A DNA stretch of 64,000 nucleotides from Actinomycetota bacterium (lineage in GTDB: Bacteria; Actinomycetota; Acidimicrobiia; Acidimicrobiales; JACCXE01): contig JBEEFV010000008.1 in NCBI GenBank assembly GCA_041166405.1, positions 45,147 through 109,146 on the forward strand. Reading direction: 5' to 3'. Below the pieces are notes generated by a model, which was not told where the DNA came from, made no database searches, and saw nothing but the letters and a program-made list of their open reading frames with translations. A program made the translations under genes and the position numbers. Below, one piece after another: positions 19,907 to 29,851 of this stretch (positions are counted from its first letter, which is position 1; each line of letters opens with the position of its first letter).

Positions 19907-19934
19907 TGGCGTCAACTTTCAGGGAGGGGGATTT

Positions 19935-21392
19935 GTGGCTGGAAGTGTCCGGCGCTCAGCGCGCCGAGTGTTTTTGGCGCTCGCGGGAACAAGCCTCCTC
20001 CTCGCGTTCGTCGCGCCATCGGTCGGCGCGCAGACCGGCGACGACGACGTACCGCCGCCCGAAGTGTGGGGCGCCAACGCGTCGGCCCGAGCCGTGTCGG
20101 TCAACCTCGACCGGGCCGGCCTGCTCCCGGTTCCCGACGTGTTCAACTTCATCGCGCTCGACGGCGCCGGCGAGTACGGCTCGAGCGGACAGCAGACGCG
20201 CGCGTCGCTGCTGTTTCCTGGCAACGGCGTCCTCCTCGGACCGAGCCTGGCGTGCGGCACCTTCGGCGGATCGTTCCCGTCGCAGTTCAAGCCGATCCTC
20301 GACACGTGCCTCAAGTACAACTATCCGCTGACGGTTTTCGCCGACTCGTTTACGCCCGACGCGTCGACCAACGGCGGCCTCGCTCTCGGCACGCCCGGCA
20401 ACGACGTCCAAGCCGACGCCACCGTCGCCCGCGCCCATGCGAGCGTGGAGAGCGCCAAGACCGACGCGGTGCTTTCGGACCTGCGCGTGCTCGGGATCCC
20501 GCCGTTCGGCCCCGTCGCCATCCCGGGCAGCAGCCAGCTGAAGCTCGACACGTCGATCGTCGACGTCGACCACGGCACGAGCCGCACCGACCAGCACACG
20601 GTCAAAGGCGGCCTGCTGACCGATTCGAAGGTGACGCTGTCGGGCATCAAGCTCGTCGGCGGCCTCATTCAGATCAAGTCGCTGACGTCGGAGTCGAAGG
20701 TGACCGACGACGCCAACGGCAAGCGCACCGCCAATGCGACGTTCCAGGCATCGGGTGTCACGGTCGCCGGTGTCCCGGCGACGATCACGAACAAAGGCCT
20801 GGAGCTGAGCCAGCCGAACGCCGCGATCAACAGCGTCCTGAAGGCGCTGAGCATCACGGTTACCGCGATGCCGACCGAAGAAACCATCGGCAAGGCAGAC
20901 GGCGCGGCGAGGGCAAACGTCGGCGGCATCATCGTGTCGATGGCCCGCGACGTCGAGGGTCTACCGGCCGTAAAGGTTCCCGACCCGAGCGGTCAGATCC
21001 CGGTCAACAACGTCGACCTGAACGGCGTGTACACGCTCACCGTGCAGCTCGGGTTGACGGGCGTGCTGGGCTCGGCCGCGAACTACGGCAGCGACGAAGA
21101 CCTGACCGGCGGCGTCGACGACGCGCTCGGCACCGACGTCAGCGGCGACTTCTCCGACAGCGGCGGGGGCTTCGACAACTCGGGATCGTTCAGTGGCGAC
21201 AATCAGGCGCTCGGTCTAGCCCCGTCGTCGCATGGCACGCCGTCGCAAAATCCAACGCTCGTCCGCAGCGTCGCCGACACGTTCGGCGGCCGGCTCGGCT
21301 TCCTGTACCTCGCTTTGATGTTCACCGTGCTGGCGTTGTGCATCGCGCCGCGCCTCGCCGTCTCCGCCCGCCTTCCCGGACCAAAGGAATGA
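19935..21392 (+). CDS. secreted hypothetical protein with C-terminal membrane anchor
   Basis: GTG start 4 nt after the GGGAGGGGG Shine-Dalgarno sequence. Signal peptide is RRVFLALAGTSLLLAFVAPSVGAQ. An acidic/Gly/Ser-rich stalk is followed by the C-terminal helix LGFLYLALMFTVLALCIAP. No family recognised. Confidence 0.6.
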   Translation: MAGSVRRSARRVFLALAGTSLLLAFVAPSVGAQTGDDDVPPPEVWGANASARAVSVNLDRAGLLPVPDVFNFIALDGAGEYGSSGQQTRASLLFPGNGVLLGPSLACGTFGGSFPSQFKPILDTCLKYNYPLTVFADSFTPDASTNGGLALGTPGNDVQADATVARAHASVESAKTDAVLSDLRVLGIPPFGPVAIPGSSQLKLDTSIVDVDHGTSRTDQHTVKGGLLTDSKVTLSGIKLVGGLIQIKSLTSESKVTDDANGKRTANATFQASGVTVAGVPATITNKGLELSQPNAAINSVLKALSITVTAMPTEETIGKADGAARANVGGIIVSMARDVEGLPAVKVPDPSGQIPVNNVDLNGVYTLTVQLGLTGVLGSAANYGSDEDLTGGVDDALGTDVSGDFSDSGGGFDNSGSFSGDNQALGLAPSSHGTPSQNPTLVRSVADTFGGRLGFLYLALMFTVLALCIAPRLAVSARLPGPKE

Positions 21393-21398
21393 TCGCCA

Positions 21399-21929
21399 AT
21401 GCCGGCTGACGAACTGAACGACGATCCGGATCCGCGCGTGTTGTGGGGCTGGATCGGCAAGGCGCTGCGGCCCTACGTCGGCTGGATCCTGATCGGCGTG
21501 GGAGCGATCCTCATGCTCGCCGGCTACATGGGCGTGTCGCGCGAAGCGCTGCCCGCCAAACAGATTCCGTATCTCGTCAGCGGCGGCATCGGCGGCATCT
21601 TCTTCGCCGTCCTCGGCGCGTACTTCCTCGGCACGCAGGAGATGCGCAACGACAGCGGTCGCCTCGATCGTCTCGAGCACATGGTCGAAGAGCTGCACAG
21701 CGCGCTGCTGACCCGCGCCGACGCACCGCAGCTCACAAACGGCTCACGCGCGGCGGCCGCCGAAGAGAAGACGGCGCCGGCGCGGAAGGTGGTGGTCGTG
21801 CCCGGTGGGCAGTTGTTTCACCGAACCGACTGCGCAGTCGCCGAAGGCAAGTCGGCGACGGAGCTGACGCCGGCCGCAGCGCGCAAGCGAGGCATGCGTC
21901 CGTGCCCCACCTGCGTGCCTGCTGTCTAA
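21399..21929 (+). CDS. two-TM membrane protein with C-terminal Ada-like Cys/His metal-binding tail
   Basis: The ATG lies 6 nt after the upstream stop. Two helices are present (WILIGVGAILMLAGYMGV, VSGGIGGIFFAVLGAYFLG). The tail LFHRTDCAVAEGKSATELTPAAARKRGMRPCPTCVP resembles the Ada N-terminal zinc motif. Confidence 0.55.
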   Translation: MPADELNDDPDPRVLWGWIGKALRPYVGWILIGVGAILMLAGYMGVSREALPAKQIPYLVSGGIGGIFFAVLGAYFLGTQEMRNDSGRLDRLEHMVEELHSALLTRADAPQLTNGSRAAAAEEKTAPARKVVVVPGGQLFHRTDCAVAEGKSATELTPAAARKRGMRPCPTCVPAV

Positions 21930-21932
21930 CGC

Positions 21933-23927
21933 GTGTACTACGTCCAGGTTTCGCTGCTCGGCATCATCTTCGGCAGCTACTACGCGCTTTCGGCGACGGG
22001 CATCGTCGTCACTTATCAGGCGACGGGCGTGTTCAACATCGCCCACTTCGCGATCGCACTCCTCGCGGGGTATCTCGGCTGGGAGTTGAGCGGCGTCATG
22101 GGACTGCCGCTCGTGCTCGTCGTGCCGATCGTGTTGTTGATCTGTGGCCCGGGCCTCGGCCTGGTCCTCGAGCGCGTCGTGTTCCGCCCGCTACAACGCC
22201 GTAAGGCGTCGAGTTCCGAGAAACTGGTCGCGGCGCTCGGCATCACCGTCGTGTTGCTCGCCGTGATCAACCAGACGTGGGGGCCCGGCGTGCAGGGCAG
22301 CAACAAAGAGCCCGTGCCGCGGCTGTTCGCGCTCCATCCCTTCACGTTCGCGTCGCTGACCTTCGACACCGAACAAGTCGGATTCCTGGTGACGACGTTC
22401 ATCGTCGCGGGATTGCTGTACCTGTTGTTCCGCCGCACGTTCCTCGGCACGTCGATCCGTGCGGTGGTCGACCGGCGTGAGCTCGCGGAGCTCGCCGCCA
22501 TCGACGCCAACCGCGTGTCGCAGGCGGCGTGGACCATCGGCTGCACGCTGGCAGCCATCACCGGGCTGATCATCACGCAGGGAACCCTCGAGCCGGTGAA
22601 GATCATCTTCTTCGGGATCGAGACGTTTTCCGTCGCCGTCGTGGCGCGGCTCACCAGCGTCCCGAAGGCGATCCTCTACGGCCTCGGTCTCGGCCTGCTG
22701 CAAGCGCTGCTGCGCGCGTTCCACCCCTTCGGTGCCGACAACAACTGGGCCGAGACCTACACCGCCATCGTCATCAACCTGTCGAGCATCCTGCTGTTCG
22801 GCGCGCTCGTCGTGTTCCGCCGCCTCGACGAAGTCGGTGCGTCCGAAGCCGCGGGCCCCGGTCTCGTGCAAGGAAATCTCGGAGGTCGCCGCCTGACTCC
22901 GGCCGGCGCGACCGTCGGCGTCTTGCTCAGCGCCGGCGCGTTGGTGTCGCCGTTCTTCCTCGGTTCGGCCGATCTACGCCTGGCGCAGATCGCGCTCGCA
23001 CTCGTCGTGATCTTCACGTCGATCGTCTGCATCACCGGTTTCTCGGGACACCTCACGCTCGGCCAGGCGTCGATCGCCGGCGTGGGGGCGTTCTTCACCG
23101 CCCGCGCCGCCAACGGGCTGCACTTGCCCGTGCTGCTGGCGATGCTGTTCGGCGGACTGATCGCTTTGCTCGCCGGCTTGCTCGCCGGGTATCCGGCGCT
23201 GCGCCGCAAGGGTCTGTTCCTCGGGCTCACCACGCTCGGCCTGGCGCTGATCATCGACCGCTTCGTCTTCAACGCCCGGATGTTCAAGGGCGGCCCCGGT
23301 GGACTGACCGTCGAGCGCCCGACGTTGTTCGGCTTGAACCTGACGGGCGACCGCGCCTTCTTCTTCTTCGAAGCCGCCGTCGTCGCGCTTTGCCTGTTGC
23401 TGGCGCGCAACCTGCGCAGCGGGCGCCTGGGACGCGTTCTGGCGGCGATGCGCGACTCGGAAACCGCGGCGCAGTCGATCGGCATCAACCTGCGCCGAGC
23501 GAAGCTGTTCGTGTTCGGCGTGTCGTCCTTCATGGCCGGTATCGGCGGCGCGCTGATGGCGCAGTCGGGGAACAACTGGGACAACAACGCGTTCAACCCC
23601 GTGCTGGGGCTGTTCTGGTTCGTGGCCGTCGTCGTGTGCGGCGTCTCGAGCCTGGGCGGAGGCGTGCTGGCGGCGGTGCTGTACATCCTGATTCCGCACA
23701 TCCTCGGCCGCGACATCCAAAGCGCCATCGGCCTGTTCGGTATCGGCGCCGTCTTCCTCGGTCAACTTCCCGGCGGACTCATCGCGCAACCGATACGTAT
23801 CGCGCAGTGGTTCCGCAGCCGAGTCGGCGAAGAGTTCCGCACGGCGCGGGTACCCGCGCCCGAACCCGAACCGCTGCCCGAACCGTCGCCGTTCGCCGAG
23901 AAAGTGCTGCACGAGGTCGCGCAATGA
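21933..23927 (+). CDS. branched-chain amino acid-type ABC transporter permease, fused LivH-LivM
   Basis: 664 aa. The LivH-like N-terminal half begins [29 protein letters not shown]. The LivM-like C-terminal half contains [17 protein letters not shown] and [36 protein letters not shown]. Confidence 0.85.
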   Translation: MYYVQVSLLGIIFGSYYALSATGIVVTYQATGVFNIAHFAIALLAGYLGWELSGVMGLPLVLVVPIVLLICGPGLGLVLERVVFRPLQRRKASSSEKLVAALGITVVLLAVINQTWGPGVQGSNKEPVPRLFALHPFTFASLTFDTEQVGFLVTTFIVAGLLYLLFRRTFLGTSIRAVVDRRELAELAAIDANRVSQAAWTIGCTLAAITGLIITQGTLEPVKIIFFGIETFSVAVVARLTSVPKAILYGLGLGLLQALLRAFHPFGADNNWAETYTAIVINLSSILLFGALVVFRRLDEVGASEAAGPGLVQGNLGGRRLTPAGATVGVLLSAGALVSPFFLGSADLRLAQIALALVVIFTSIVCITGFSGHLTLGQASIAGVGAFFTARAANGLHLPVLLAMLFGGLIALLAGLLAGYPALRRKGLFLGLTTLGLALIIDRFVFNARMFKGGPGGLTVERPTLFGLNLTGDRAFFFFEAAVVALCLLLARNLRSGRLGRVLAAMRDSETAAQSIGINLRRAKLFVFGVSSFMAGIGGALMAQSGNNWDNNAFNPVLGLFWFVAVVVCGVSSLGGGVLAAVLYILIPHILGRDIQSAIGLFGIGAVFLGQLPGGLIAQPIRIAQWFRSRVGEEFRTARVPAPEPEPLPEPSPFAEKVLHEVAQ

Positions 23928-24709
23928 CCCCGTCGACAGAGTGCGTGCTTCGGGCAGAGGAGATCACCGTCCGCTTCGGCGGGCTCACGGCGGTGTTGGA
24001 CGTGTCGCTCGAAGTCGAGTCGGGCGCGGTGACGTCGCTGATCGGACCGAACGGCGCCGGCAAGACGACGACGTTCAACGCGCTCACCGGTCTCAACACC
24101 CCCGACAGCGGGCGTGTGTTCCTCGGCGAGCGCGACGTGACGCGCATGGCGACACACGAGCGCGCGTCGCACGGCATGGCGCGCACGTTCCAGCGCCTCG
24201 AGATCTTCACCGGCATGAGCGTGCGGGAGAACCTGCAAGTCGCTGCCGAGGCGACGACGCCGGGGCGGACGTTCACGGGCATCTTCCGCTTCCGTGAACT
24301 TCCCGAACCCGGCGTGCGCGCCACGGTCGACGAGGTCGTCGAACTCGTCGGGCTCGGCGACATGCAACACCGCGTCGCCGGTTCCTTGTCGACGGGCGCA
24401 CTGCGTCTCGTCGAGTTGGGACGCGCGTTGTGCACCGCGCCAACGGTGCTGCTGCTCGACGAGCCGTCGAGCGGTCTCGACGAAGAGGAGACCGACGCGT
24501 TGCAGCGCGTGCTCAAGGACGTCGCCGACAGCGGCGTTGGCATCCTGCTCGTCGAGCACGACGTCGACCTGGTGATGGCGTTGTCGCAGCACATCTACGC
24601 GCTCGACTTCGGTCAGGTGATCGCCACCGGCACGCCCGCGGAGATCGCCAAGAACCAAGCGGTGCGCGAGGCCTACCTGGGCACGCTCGACGAGGAGGCC
24701 GCCTCGTGA
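23924..24709 (+). CDS. ABC transporter ATP-binding protein (LivG-like)
   Basis: ATGA overlap with the permease at 23924-23927. Walker [10 protein letters not shown], signature [15 protein letters not shown], Walker [11 protein letters not shown]. Confidence 0.9.
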   Translation: MTPSTECVLRAEEITVRFGGLTAVLDVSLEVESGAVTSLIGPNGAGKTTTFNALTGLNTPDSGRVFLGERDVTRMATHERASHGMARTFQRLEIFTGMSVRENLQVAAEATTPGRTFTGIFRFRELPEPGVRATVDEVVELVGLGDMQHRVAGSLSTGALRLVELGRALCTAPTVLLLDEPSSGLDEEETDALQRVLKDVADSGVGILLVEHDVDLVMALSQHIYALDFGQVIATGTPAEIAKNQAVREAYLGTLDEEAAS

Positions 24710-25410
24710 CCCACGCGCTGGAACTGCGCGACGTGCGCGCCGGCTACGGACGCATCGAGGTGCTGCACGGCGTGTCGATCGACGTGCCCCACGGCGCAGT
24801 CGTCGCCCTGCTGGGCCGCAACGGCATGGGCAAGACGACGACGCTGCGGGCCATCTCCGGCACGATCCCGTGCACGTCGGGCTCGATCCGCCTGGAAGGC
24901 CGCCGCATCGACGGGCGGCGCGCGTCGACGATCGCCGCGCGTGGTCTCGTGCTTGTACCCGAAGGCCGCGGCGTGTTCCCCGGGCTGACCGTGCGCGACA
25001 ACCTCGCCATCGCCCACCGCAGCGGCGGCAAGAGCGCCGGCGAGTGGGACGCCTTCCTCACGGCCGTACAAGGCGCCTTCCCGGTCTTATGCGAGCGCCT
25101 CGACCAGAACGCCGGCCTGCTCTCAGGCGGCGAGCAACAGATGCTCGCCATCTCGCGCGCGCTGGCGGGCGACCCGTCGCTGCTGATGTTCGACGAGTTG
25201 TCGATGGGCCTGGCGCCGATCATCGTGGACCAACTGATGGACCGCGTCGCCAAGCTGCGCGACGAGGGCCGCACGATCGTGCTCGTCGAGCAGTACCTCA
25301 CCCACGCGCTGAAACTCGCCGACCTCTGCTACGTGCTCGCCAAAGGTCGCGTCGAATGGGTCGGCGAACCCGGCGAGCTCAAGAACACCCGCATCGACGC
25401 ACTTCTGTAA
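24706..25410 (+). CDS. ABC transporter ATP-binding protein (LivF-like)
   Basis: GTGA overlap at 24706-24709. Walker [10 protein letters not shown], signature [15 protein letters not shown], Walker [11 protein letters not shown]. Confidence 0.9.
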   Translation: MTHALELRDVRAGYGRIEVLHGVSIDVPHGAVVALLGRNGMGKTTTLRAISGTIPCTSGSIRLEGRRIDGRRASTIAARGLVLVPEGRGVFPGLTVRDNLAIAHRSGGKSAGEWDAFLTAVQGAFPVLCERLDQNAGLLSGGEQQMLAISRALAGDPSLLMFDELSMGLAPIIVDQLMDRVAKLRDEGRTIVLVEQYLTHALKLADLCYVLAKGRVEWVGEPGELKNTRIDALL

Positions 25411-25420
25411 AGGAAGCCGG

Positions 25421-26893
25421 TTAGTTGCCTTGCTCGAGGGCGGGCGTCAGGAACTGGTAGGCGTCGGGAACGCAGTAGGGGAAGCCTGACGTCGCTTCGG
25501 TCCAGCCGCCCTTGGCGTCGAGCCAGCGCGAGATGGTGAAGCAGTCCTCGATGCGCGTGGCCGACGGATCCTTCTTGCCCCAGTCGAGGCCGACGTCGAT
25601 GCCGTCGCCTTTCCAGTTCTTCAGCCCGTTGAGGTAAGCGACGAACCCCTTGCGCGTCGGCGCCGCCGTGTCGGCGTAGCTCTTGAAGAGGTTGCCCATC
25701 ATCCACGCCTCGAGCGCCCACTGGTGCAGCGGGAGGTTCGGCTGATAGCGGGCGTAGGCGTCGCGGAACTTCGCGATCTCCGGCACCGACGTCTGTTGGT
25801 AGTTGAGCGTCTGGCCGGGGATGAACACGATGTTGCGGCACGTGTCGTTGTAGTCGGTGCCGACGCGGCCACCCATCGACACGATCGTCGACACCTTGGC
25901 CTTCGGCTTGAAGTTGCGCCGCGCCATGGCGTCGCACAGCTTGCGGTTGGCGCCGTCGTCCATAGCGTCGAACACGATCTCGGTGCCCTTGCGCTGCATG
26001 TCGGCGACGGCCTCGTCGAAGCTCGGCGCGGCGAACGACACGATGTGGATGTCGGCCTCCGAATAGCCCTCCATCTGGAGACCCTTCTGCATGAAGCCGC
26101 CGGCCTGCTTCGACTCGTCGATGTCGTAGGCGAACACCGCCGCCTTCGTCAGGCCCATGTTCTGCTTGAACCAGCGGTAGATGCCCGACGTGTTCACGAG
26201 CTGGCCCTTGTAGCCGACGTTCTTGCCGTCGCGTGCGTAGCCGTTCTGGTACACGCTGAACATCGTGGGGTAGCGAGCGAAGCTGTTGGTGATCGGCTCG
26301 CCGATGACGGGGATCTCGTGGTCGGCGAGGTACTGCGCCGAGCCGCCGAAGGAGCGGCTGTTCGTGCCGATGAGCGCGAACACCTTGTCCTTCTCGACGA
26401 GTTGTTGCGCGCACGCGAGATCCCGGTTGCGGTCCTCACGGTCGTCGCAGGTCTTGAGCACGACTTGCCGGCCGCGGATGCCGCCGTGGGCGTTGATGTA
26501 CGCCGTCCACGCGCGCATGCCACGAGCCGTCGGCGCGAACGCGTCGCCGAGCACGCCGTTCTCGGCGACGATCGTGCCGATAGCGATCGTCTTCTCGGTG
26601 ACGCCGACGTCCGACGCCTTGTTCGGGCCCTCGTCCTTCGATCCCGTCGACGTATTGCCACCGCCCCCACCGCTGCCGATGGCGACGTTGCCGTTGCTGC
26701 CCGACACTTCCGTGCCGGTTGTGGTGTCGGTGGTGTCGCCCTCGGTGCCGGTGATGTCGCCGGTGTTGCCGTTGCCGCGCGCGGCGACGCGTTGCGTCGC
26801 CGAATTCTGGAACGCCGAATCAGGCAACCGCGTACCGCACGCCGCGAGCAGCGTGAGCGCGCCGAAGACAACCAAAACATTCTTCAATTTCAT
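25421..26893 (-). CDS. ABC transporter substrate-binding lipoprotein (LivK/type I periplasmic binding fold)
   Basis: Start is MKLKNVLVVFGALTLLAACG (lipobox), inside ORF 25421..27055. A Gly/Thr/Ser-rich linker precedes the binding-protein body. ATGA overlap with the upstream aldolase at 26890-26893. Confidence 0.85.
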   Translation of the reverse strand: MKLKNVLVVFGALTLLAACGTRLPDSAFQNSATQRVAARGNGNTGDITGTEGDTTDTTTGTEVSGSNGNVAIGSGGGGGNTSTGSKDEGPNKASDVGVTEKTIAIGTIVAENGVLGDAFAPTARGMRAWTAYINAHGGIRGRQVVLKTCDDREDRNRDLACAQQLVEKDKVFALIGTNSRSFGGSAQYLADHEIPVIGEPITNSFARYPTMFSVYQNGYARDGKNVGYKGQLVNTSGIYRWFKQNMGLTKAAVFAYDIDESKQAGGFMQKGLQMEGYSEADIHIVSFAAPSFDEAVADMQRKGTEIVFDAMDDGANRKLCDAMARRNFKPKAKVSTIVSMGGRVGTDYNDTCRNIVFIPGQTLNYQQTSVPEIAKFRDAYARYQPNLPLHQWALEAWMMGNLFKSYADTAAPTRKGFVAYLNGLKNWKGDGIDVGLDWGKKDPSATRIEDCFTISRWLDAKGGWTEATSGFPYCVPDAYQFLTPALEQGN

Positions 26894-27573
26894 GGATTCT
26901 CCCGAATGAACTTGTAGACCCCAGCCATGTTCTTGTTGACCTTCTCCGGCAGCGGATTGACCGTCGCCCCCATCGCGCGTGTTCCCCACACGATCTTGGC
27001 GGTGCGCTCCGCCAGTGCGGCGTTGTGCAGAGCTTTGTCGGGCGTCGCACCACACGTCACCAATCCGTGATTGGCGACGAGCGCCGCGCCGCGGTCGGCG
27101 AGCTTCGACGCGACCTCGTCACCGAGTTCGGCGCTGCCGGTGAGCTTGTACTCACAGCACGGCACGTCGCCGCCGAGATACACGACGACCTCCTCGATCA
27201 CCGCGGGGATCGGCTCGTGCGCCAGCGCGAACATCGTGCAGTACACGGCGTGCGTGTGGATGACGCATCCCAGCTCGGGATACAGCCGCAGCGCCGAGAG
27301 GTGCAGGTCCTTCTCCGTCGTCGGCGAGCGGTGGCCCTCGACGACGTTGCCGTCCATGTCGACGACGACGAGGTCCTCCAGCGTCATCGTGTCGTACGGG
27401 ATCGACGACGGCGACATCACCACGAGGCCGCCGTCGAGGCGCCCGGAGATGTTGCCGCTCGTGCCTTCGACAAGGCCGTCGGCGAGCATCTTCTTGGCGG
27501 CCGCCAGGATGGCTTCCTTGGTCGTGGTGGGCGACGTCTTGGCCTGACTGGTTTCATTTCCTATGGCAGTCAT
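26890..27573 (-). CDS. class II aldolase/adducin-family protein (L-fuculose-phosphate aldolase-like)
   Basis: Motifs are EGTSGNISGR, HLSALRLYPELGCVIHTHAVY and ALVANHGLVTCG. Confidence 0.8.
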   Translation of the reverse strand: MTAIGNETSQAKTSPTTTKEAILAAAKKMLADGLVEGTSGNISGRLDGGLVVMSPSSIPYDTMTLEDLVVVDMDGNVVEGHRSPTTEKDLHLSALRLYPELGCVIHTHAVYCTMFALAHEPIPAVIEEVVVYLGGDVPCCEYKLTGSAELGDEVASKLADRGAALVANHGLVTCGATPDKALHNAALAERTAKIVWGTRAMGATVNPLPEKVNKNMAGVYKFIRENP

Positions 27574-28544
27574 CGGGACAGAACCTCCGGGTTCACAATG
27601 TTGGCCGGTTGTTCGCCGCGAAACAGCGCGGCCAGCCCGTCGGCCATGAGGGTGGTGTGATTGGTCTCGGTGTCGTAGGTGGCGCCGCCGATGTGCGGGG
27701 CCACGACGACGCCGGGCAGGGACAGCAGCGGGTGGTCAACGGCGATGTTCTCGCCCTCGAAATGGTCCAACCCAGCGCCGATGACGTTGCCCTTCTGGAG
27801 CGCGGCCACGAGCCCGTCGAGGTCGTGGAGGCCGGCGCGGGCCGAGTTGATGAAGATCGACCCGTCCTTCATCGCCGCGAACCGCTCTTTCGACATCAGC
27901 CCTGCGGAATCGGGGGTGACGGCGGCGTGCATCGAGACGACGTCGGCCTCGGCGACAAGGTCGTCGACGCTGTGCGTGGCGTCGGGCGCGAACGGATCGG
28001 CGGCGATGACCTTCATGCCAAGACCTTCGAGGCGCCACTTGGTGGCGCGACCCACAGCGCCAAGACCGATCAGGCCCGCGGTGCGGCCGGCGAGTTGCCA
28101 CGCCCGGAACCGCTGGTACGGGATCGTGCCGTCGCGGTACGTCTGACCTTCGCGCACGTCGATGTCGGCCTGGCGCAAGTGACGGTTGACCGCGAACAGG
28201 AGCGCGACGGTCATCTCGGCGACGGCGTCGGCGTTGCGACCGGGCGCGCGCAGCACCGGGATGCCAGCGGCGGTGGCGCCGGCGACGTCGACGTTGGTGG
28301 GATCACCGCGCGTCGAGCCCACGGCGCGCAGCGGCAACTCGAACACCGGGCCTTTGCACGAGTCGGCCTCGCAGATGAGCACGGTCGCGCCGACCTCCTT
28401 CGCCTTCTCGGCGAGCTTCTCGGAGTTGAAGAGGCGCAGCGGGTTGTGGTCGATCCAAGGATCGACGATGAGTTTGCCGAGCGATTCGAGCGTGGCGACG
28501 CCCGGTCCGCGCAACGGAGCGGTCGAGTAGATGACCTCGCTCAT
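27570..28544 (-). CDS. D-isomer-specific 2-hydroxyacid dehydrogenase family (NAD-binding)
   Basis: Start is MSEVIYST, inside ORF 27570..29891. Motifs are GLIGLGAVGRA, FINSARAGL and APHIGGAT. ATGA overlaps at both ends. Confidence 0.85.
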   Translation of the reverse strand: MSEVIYSTAPLRGPGVATLESLGKLIVDPWIDHNPLRLFNSEKLAEKAKEVGATVLICEADSCKGPVFELPLRAVGSTRGDPTNVDVAGATAAGIPVLRAPGRNADAVAEMTVALLFAVNRHLRQADIDVREGQTYRDGTIPYQRFRAWQLAGRTAGLIGLGAVGRATKWRLEGLGMKVIAADPFAPDATHSVDDLVAEADVVSMHAAVTPDSAGLMSKERFAAMKDGSIFINSARAGLHDLDGLVAALQKGNVIGAGLDHFEGENIAVDHPLLSLPGVVVAPHIGGATYDTETNHTTLMADGLAALFRGEQPANIVNPEVLSR

Positions 28545-29851
28545 CGAGACTGGGCCCTCGCCCGCGCGGCGACGGCCGCAAGGTCCGCCGGGTAGGTCTT
28601 GGCTGCGAACAGCATGACGATGCCTCCTATGGCAAAGGTGGGGGTGAAGGCCGCCAAAGATTTCGTGAGGCCGTAGCGATCGGCGACGACGCCGACGAAG
28701 AAGGGCGCGGTCGCCGAGAGCGCGCGCACGATCGAGCGAATGGCGGCGGCGCGACCGCGCAGCTCGCCGGGCACGACGTCGGACGTGAGCGCTTCGCTCG
28801 GCGCGACCGGAGCCGTCAGGCAGAAGCTGCCGAAGAACATCAACAAGGCCGCCACCTTGAGCGAGTGGCTCAACAGACCGGGCAGCATGAACACGCTTGC
28901 GAGGATCGACGACACCGCGGTCACGTAGACCCGCGCGTTGAGGACGCCGCGGCGCAGCAACCAGTCGGCGATCTCGCCGCCGAGCACGAGGCCGAGCGCC
29001 GCACCCGCGCCGATCGCCGCCGCGGCGCCGCCCGCCGCGGTGGCGGACAGCTTGAAGTGCTGCTTGAAATATTCGATGCCCCACACGCCGAGCGCGGAAA
29101 GGAGGAAGCCCGAGATCGTCAACGACATCAAGCCGAACCACATCGACTTGATCTTCACCAGCTGGCGCATCACGTCCATCCACGACGCGTCGTCGTAGGA
29201 GTGGTCGACAGGATGCTCTTCGTCGAAGAACGTCTCCTCGTAGTGAAACGCACGGTCCTGCGCGCCGCGTTCGGGTTCGGGCAGGCGCGTCAGCAGCAGG
29301 ATCGAGACGATGCCGAACGGGATCCACATCCAGAACGCGCTGCGCCAGCCGAAGTTGTCGACGAGCACACCGGAGAGTCCGAGGCCGAGGAGTCCTCCGA
29401 GCGCACCACCGAGTTGGTACCGGCCCATCATGCGGGCGCGTTTCTCGACGGCGTAGAAGTCCGACATCAGCGAGAAGCTCGCGGGGCCATTGGCTTCCAC
29501 CGCGCCGACGCCCAGTCGCGTGAGGAACAACAACGCAAAGCTGGGCGCGATCGCACCGAGGCCCATGCAGCTCGTCCAGATGATCATTGCGATCACGAGC
29601 AACGCGCCGCGCTTCCAACGGTCGGCGAGCGCGCCAATCGGCATGCCGCCCACCACTCCCACCAACACCATCGCGGCGGCGAGGCCACCGAGCATCGTGT
29701 CGCTCACGCCGAAGTGGCCCTTGATGCCGTGCAACGCTTGCGCCAGCGACTGCTTTTCGCCCTGCTCGAGCGTGAGCGTGGACGCGAGCGCGATGACGGG
29801 GTACGCCCCGTACTTCTTGACTGCTCGCGATGCCCCCGCCTCGATGGTCAT
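28541..29851 (-). CDS. MFS transporter
   Basis: 436 aa with about 12 hydrophobic helices and the MFS loop signature GALADRWKRG. Confidence 0.8.
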   Translation of the reverse strand: MTIEAGASRAVKKYGAYPVIALASTLTLEQGEKQSLAQALHGIKGHFGVSDTMLGGLAAAMVLVGVVGGMPIGALADRWKRGALLVIAMIIWTSCMGLGAIAPSFALLFLTRLGVGAVEANGPASFSLMSDFYAVEKRARMMGRYQLGGALGGLLGLGLSGVLVDNFGWRSAFWMWIPFGIVSILLLTRLPEPERGAQDRAFHYEETFFDEEHPVDHSYDDASWMDVMRQLVKIKSMWFGLMSLTISGFLLSALGVWGIEYFKQHFKLSATAAGGAAAAIGAGAALGLVLGGEIADWLLRRGVLNARVYVTAVSSILASVFMLPGLLSHSLKVAALLMFFGSFCLTAPVAPSEALTSDVVPGELRGRAAAIRSIVRALSATAPFFVGVVADRYGLTKSLAAFTPTFAIGGIVMLFAAKTYPADLAAVAARARAQSR

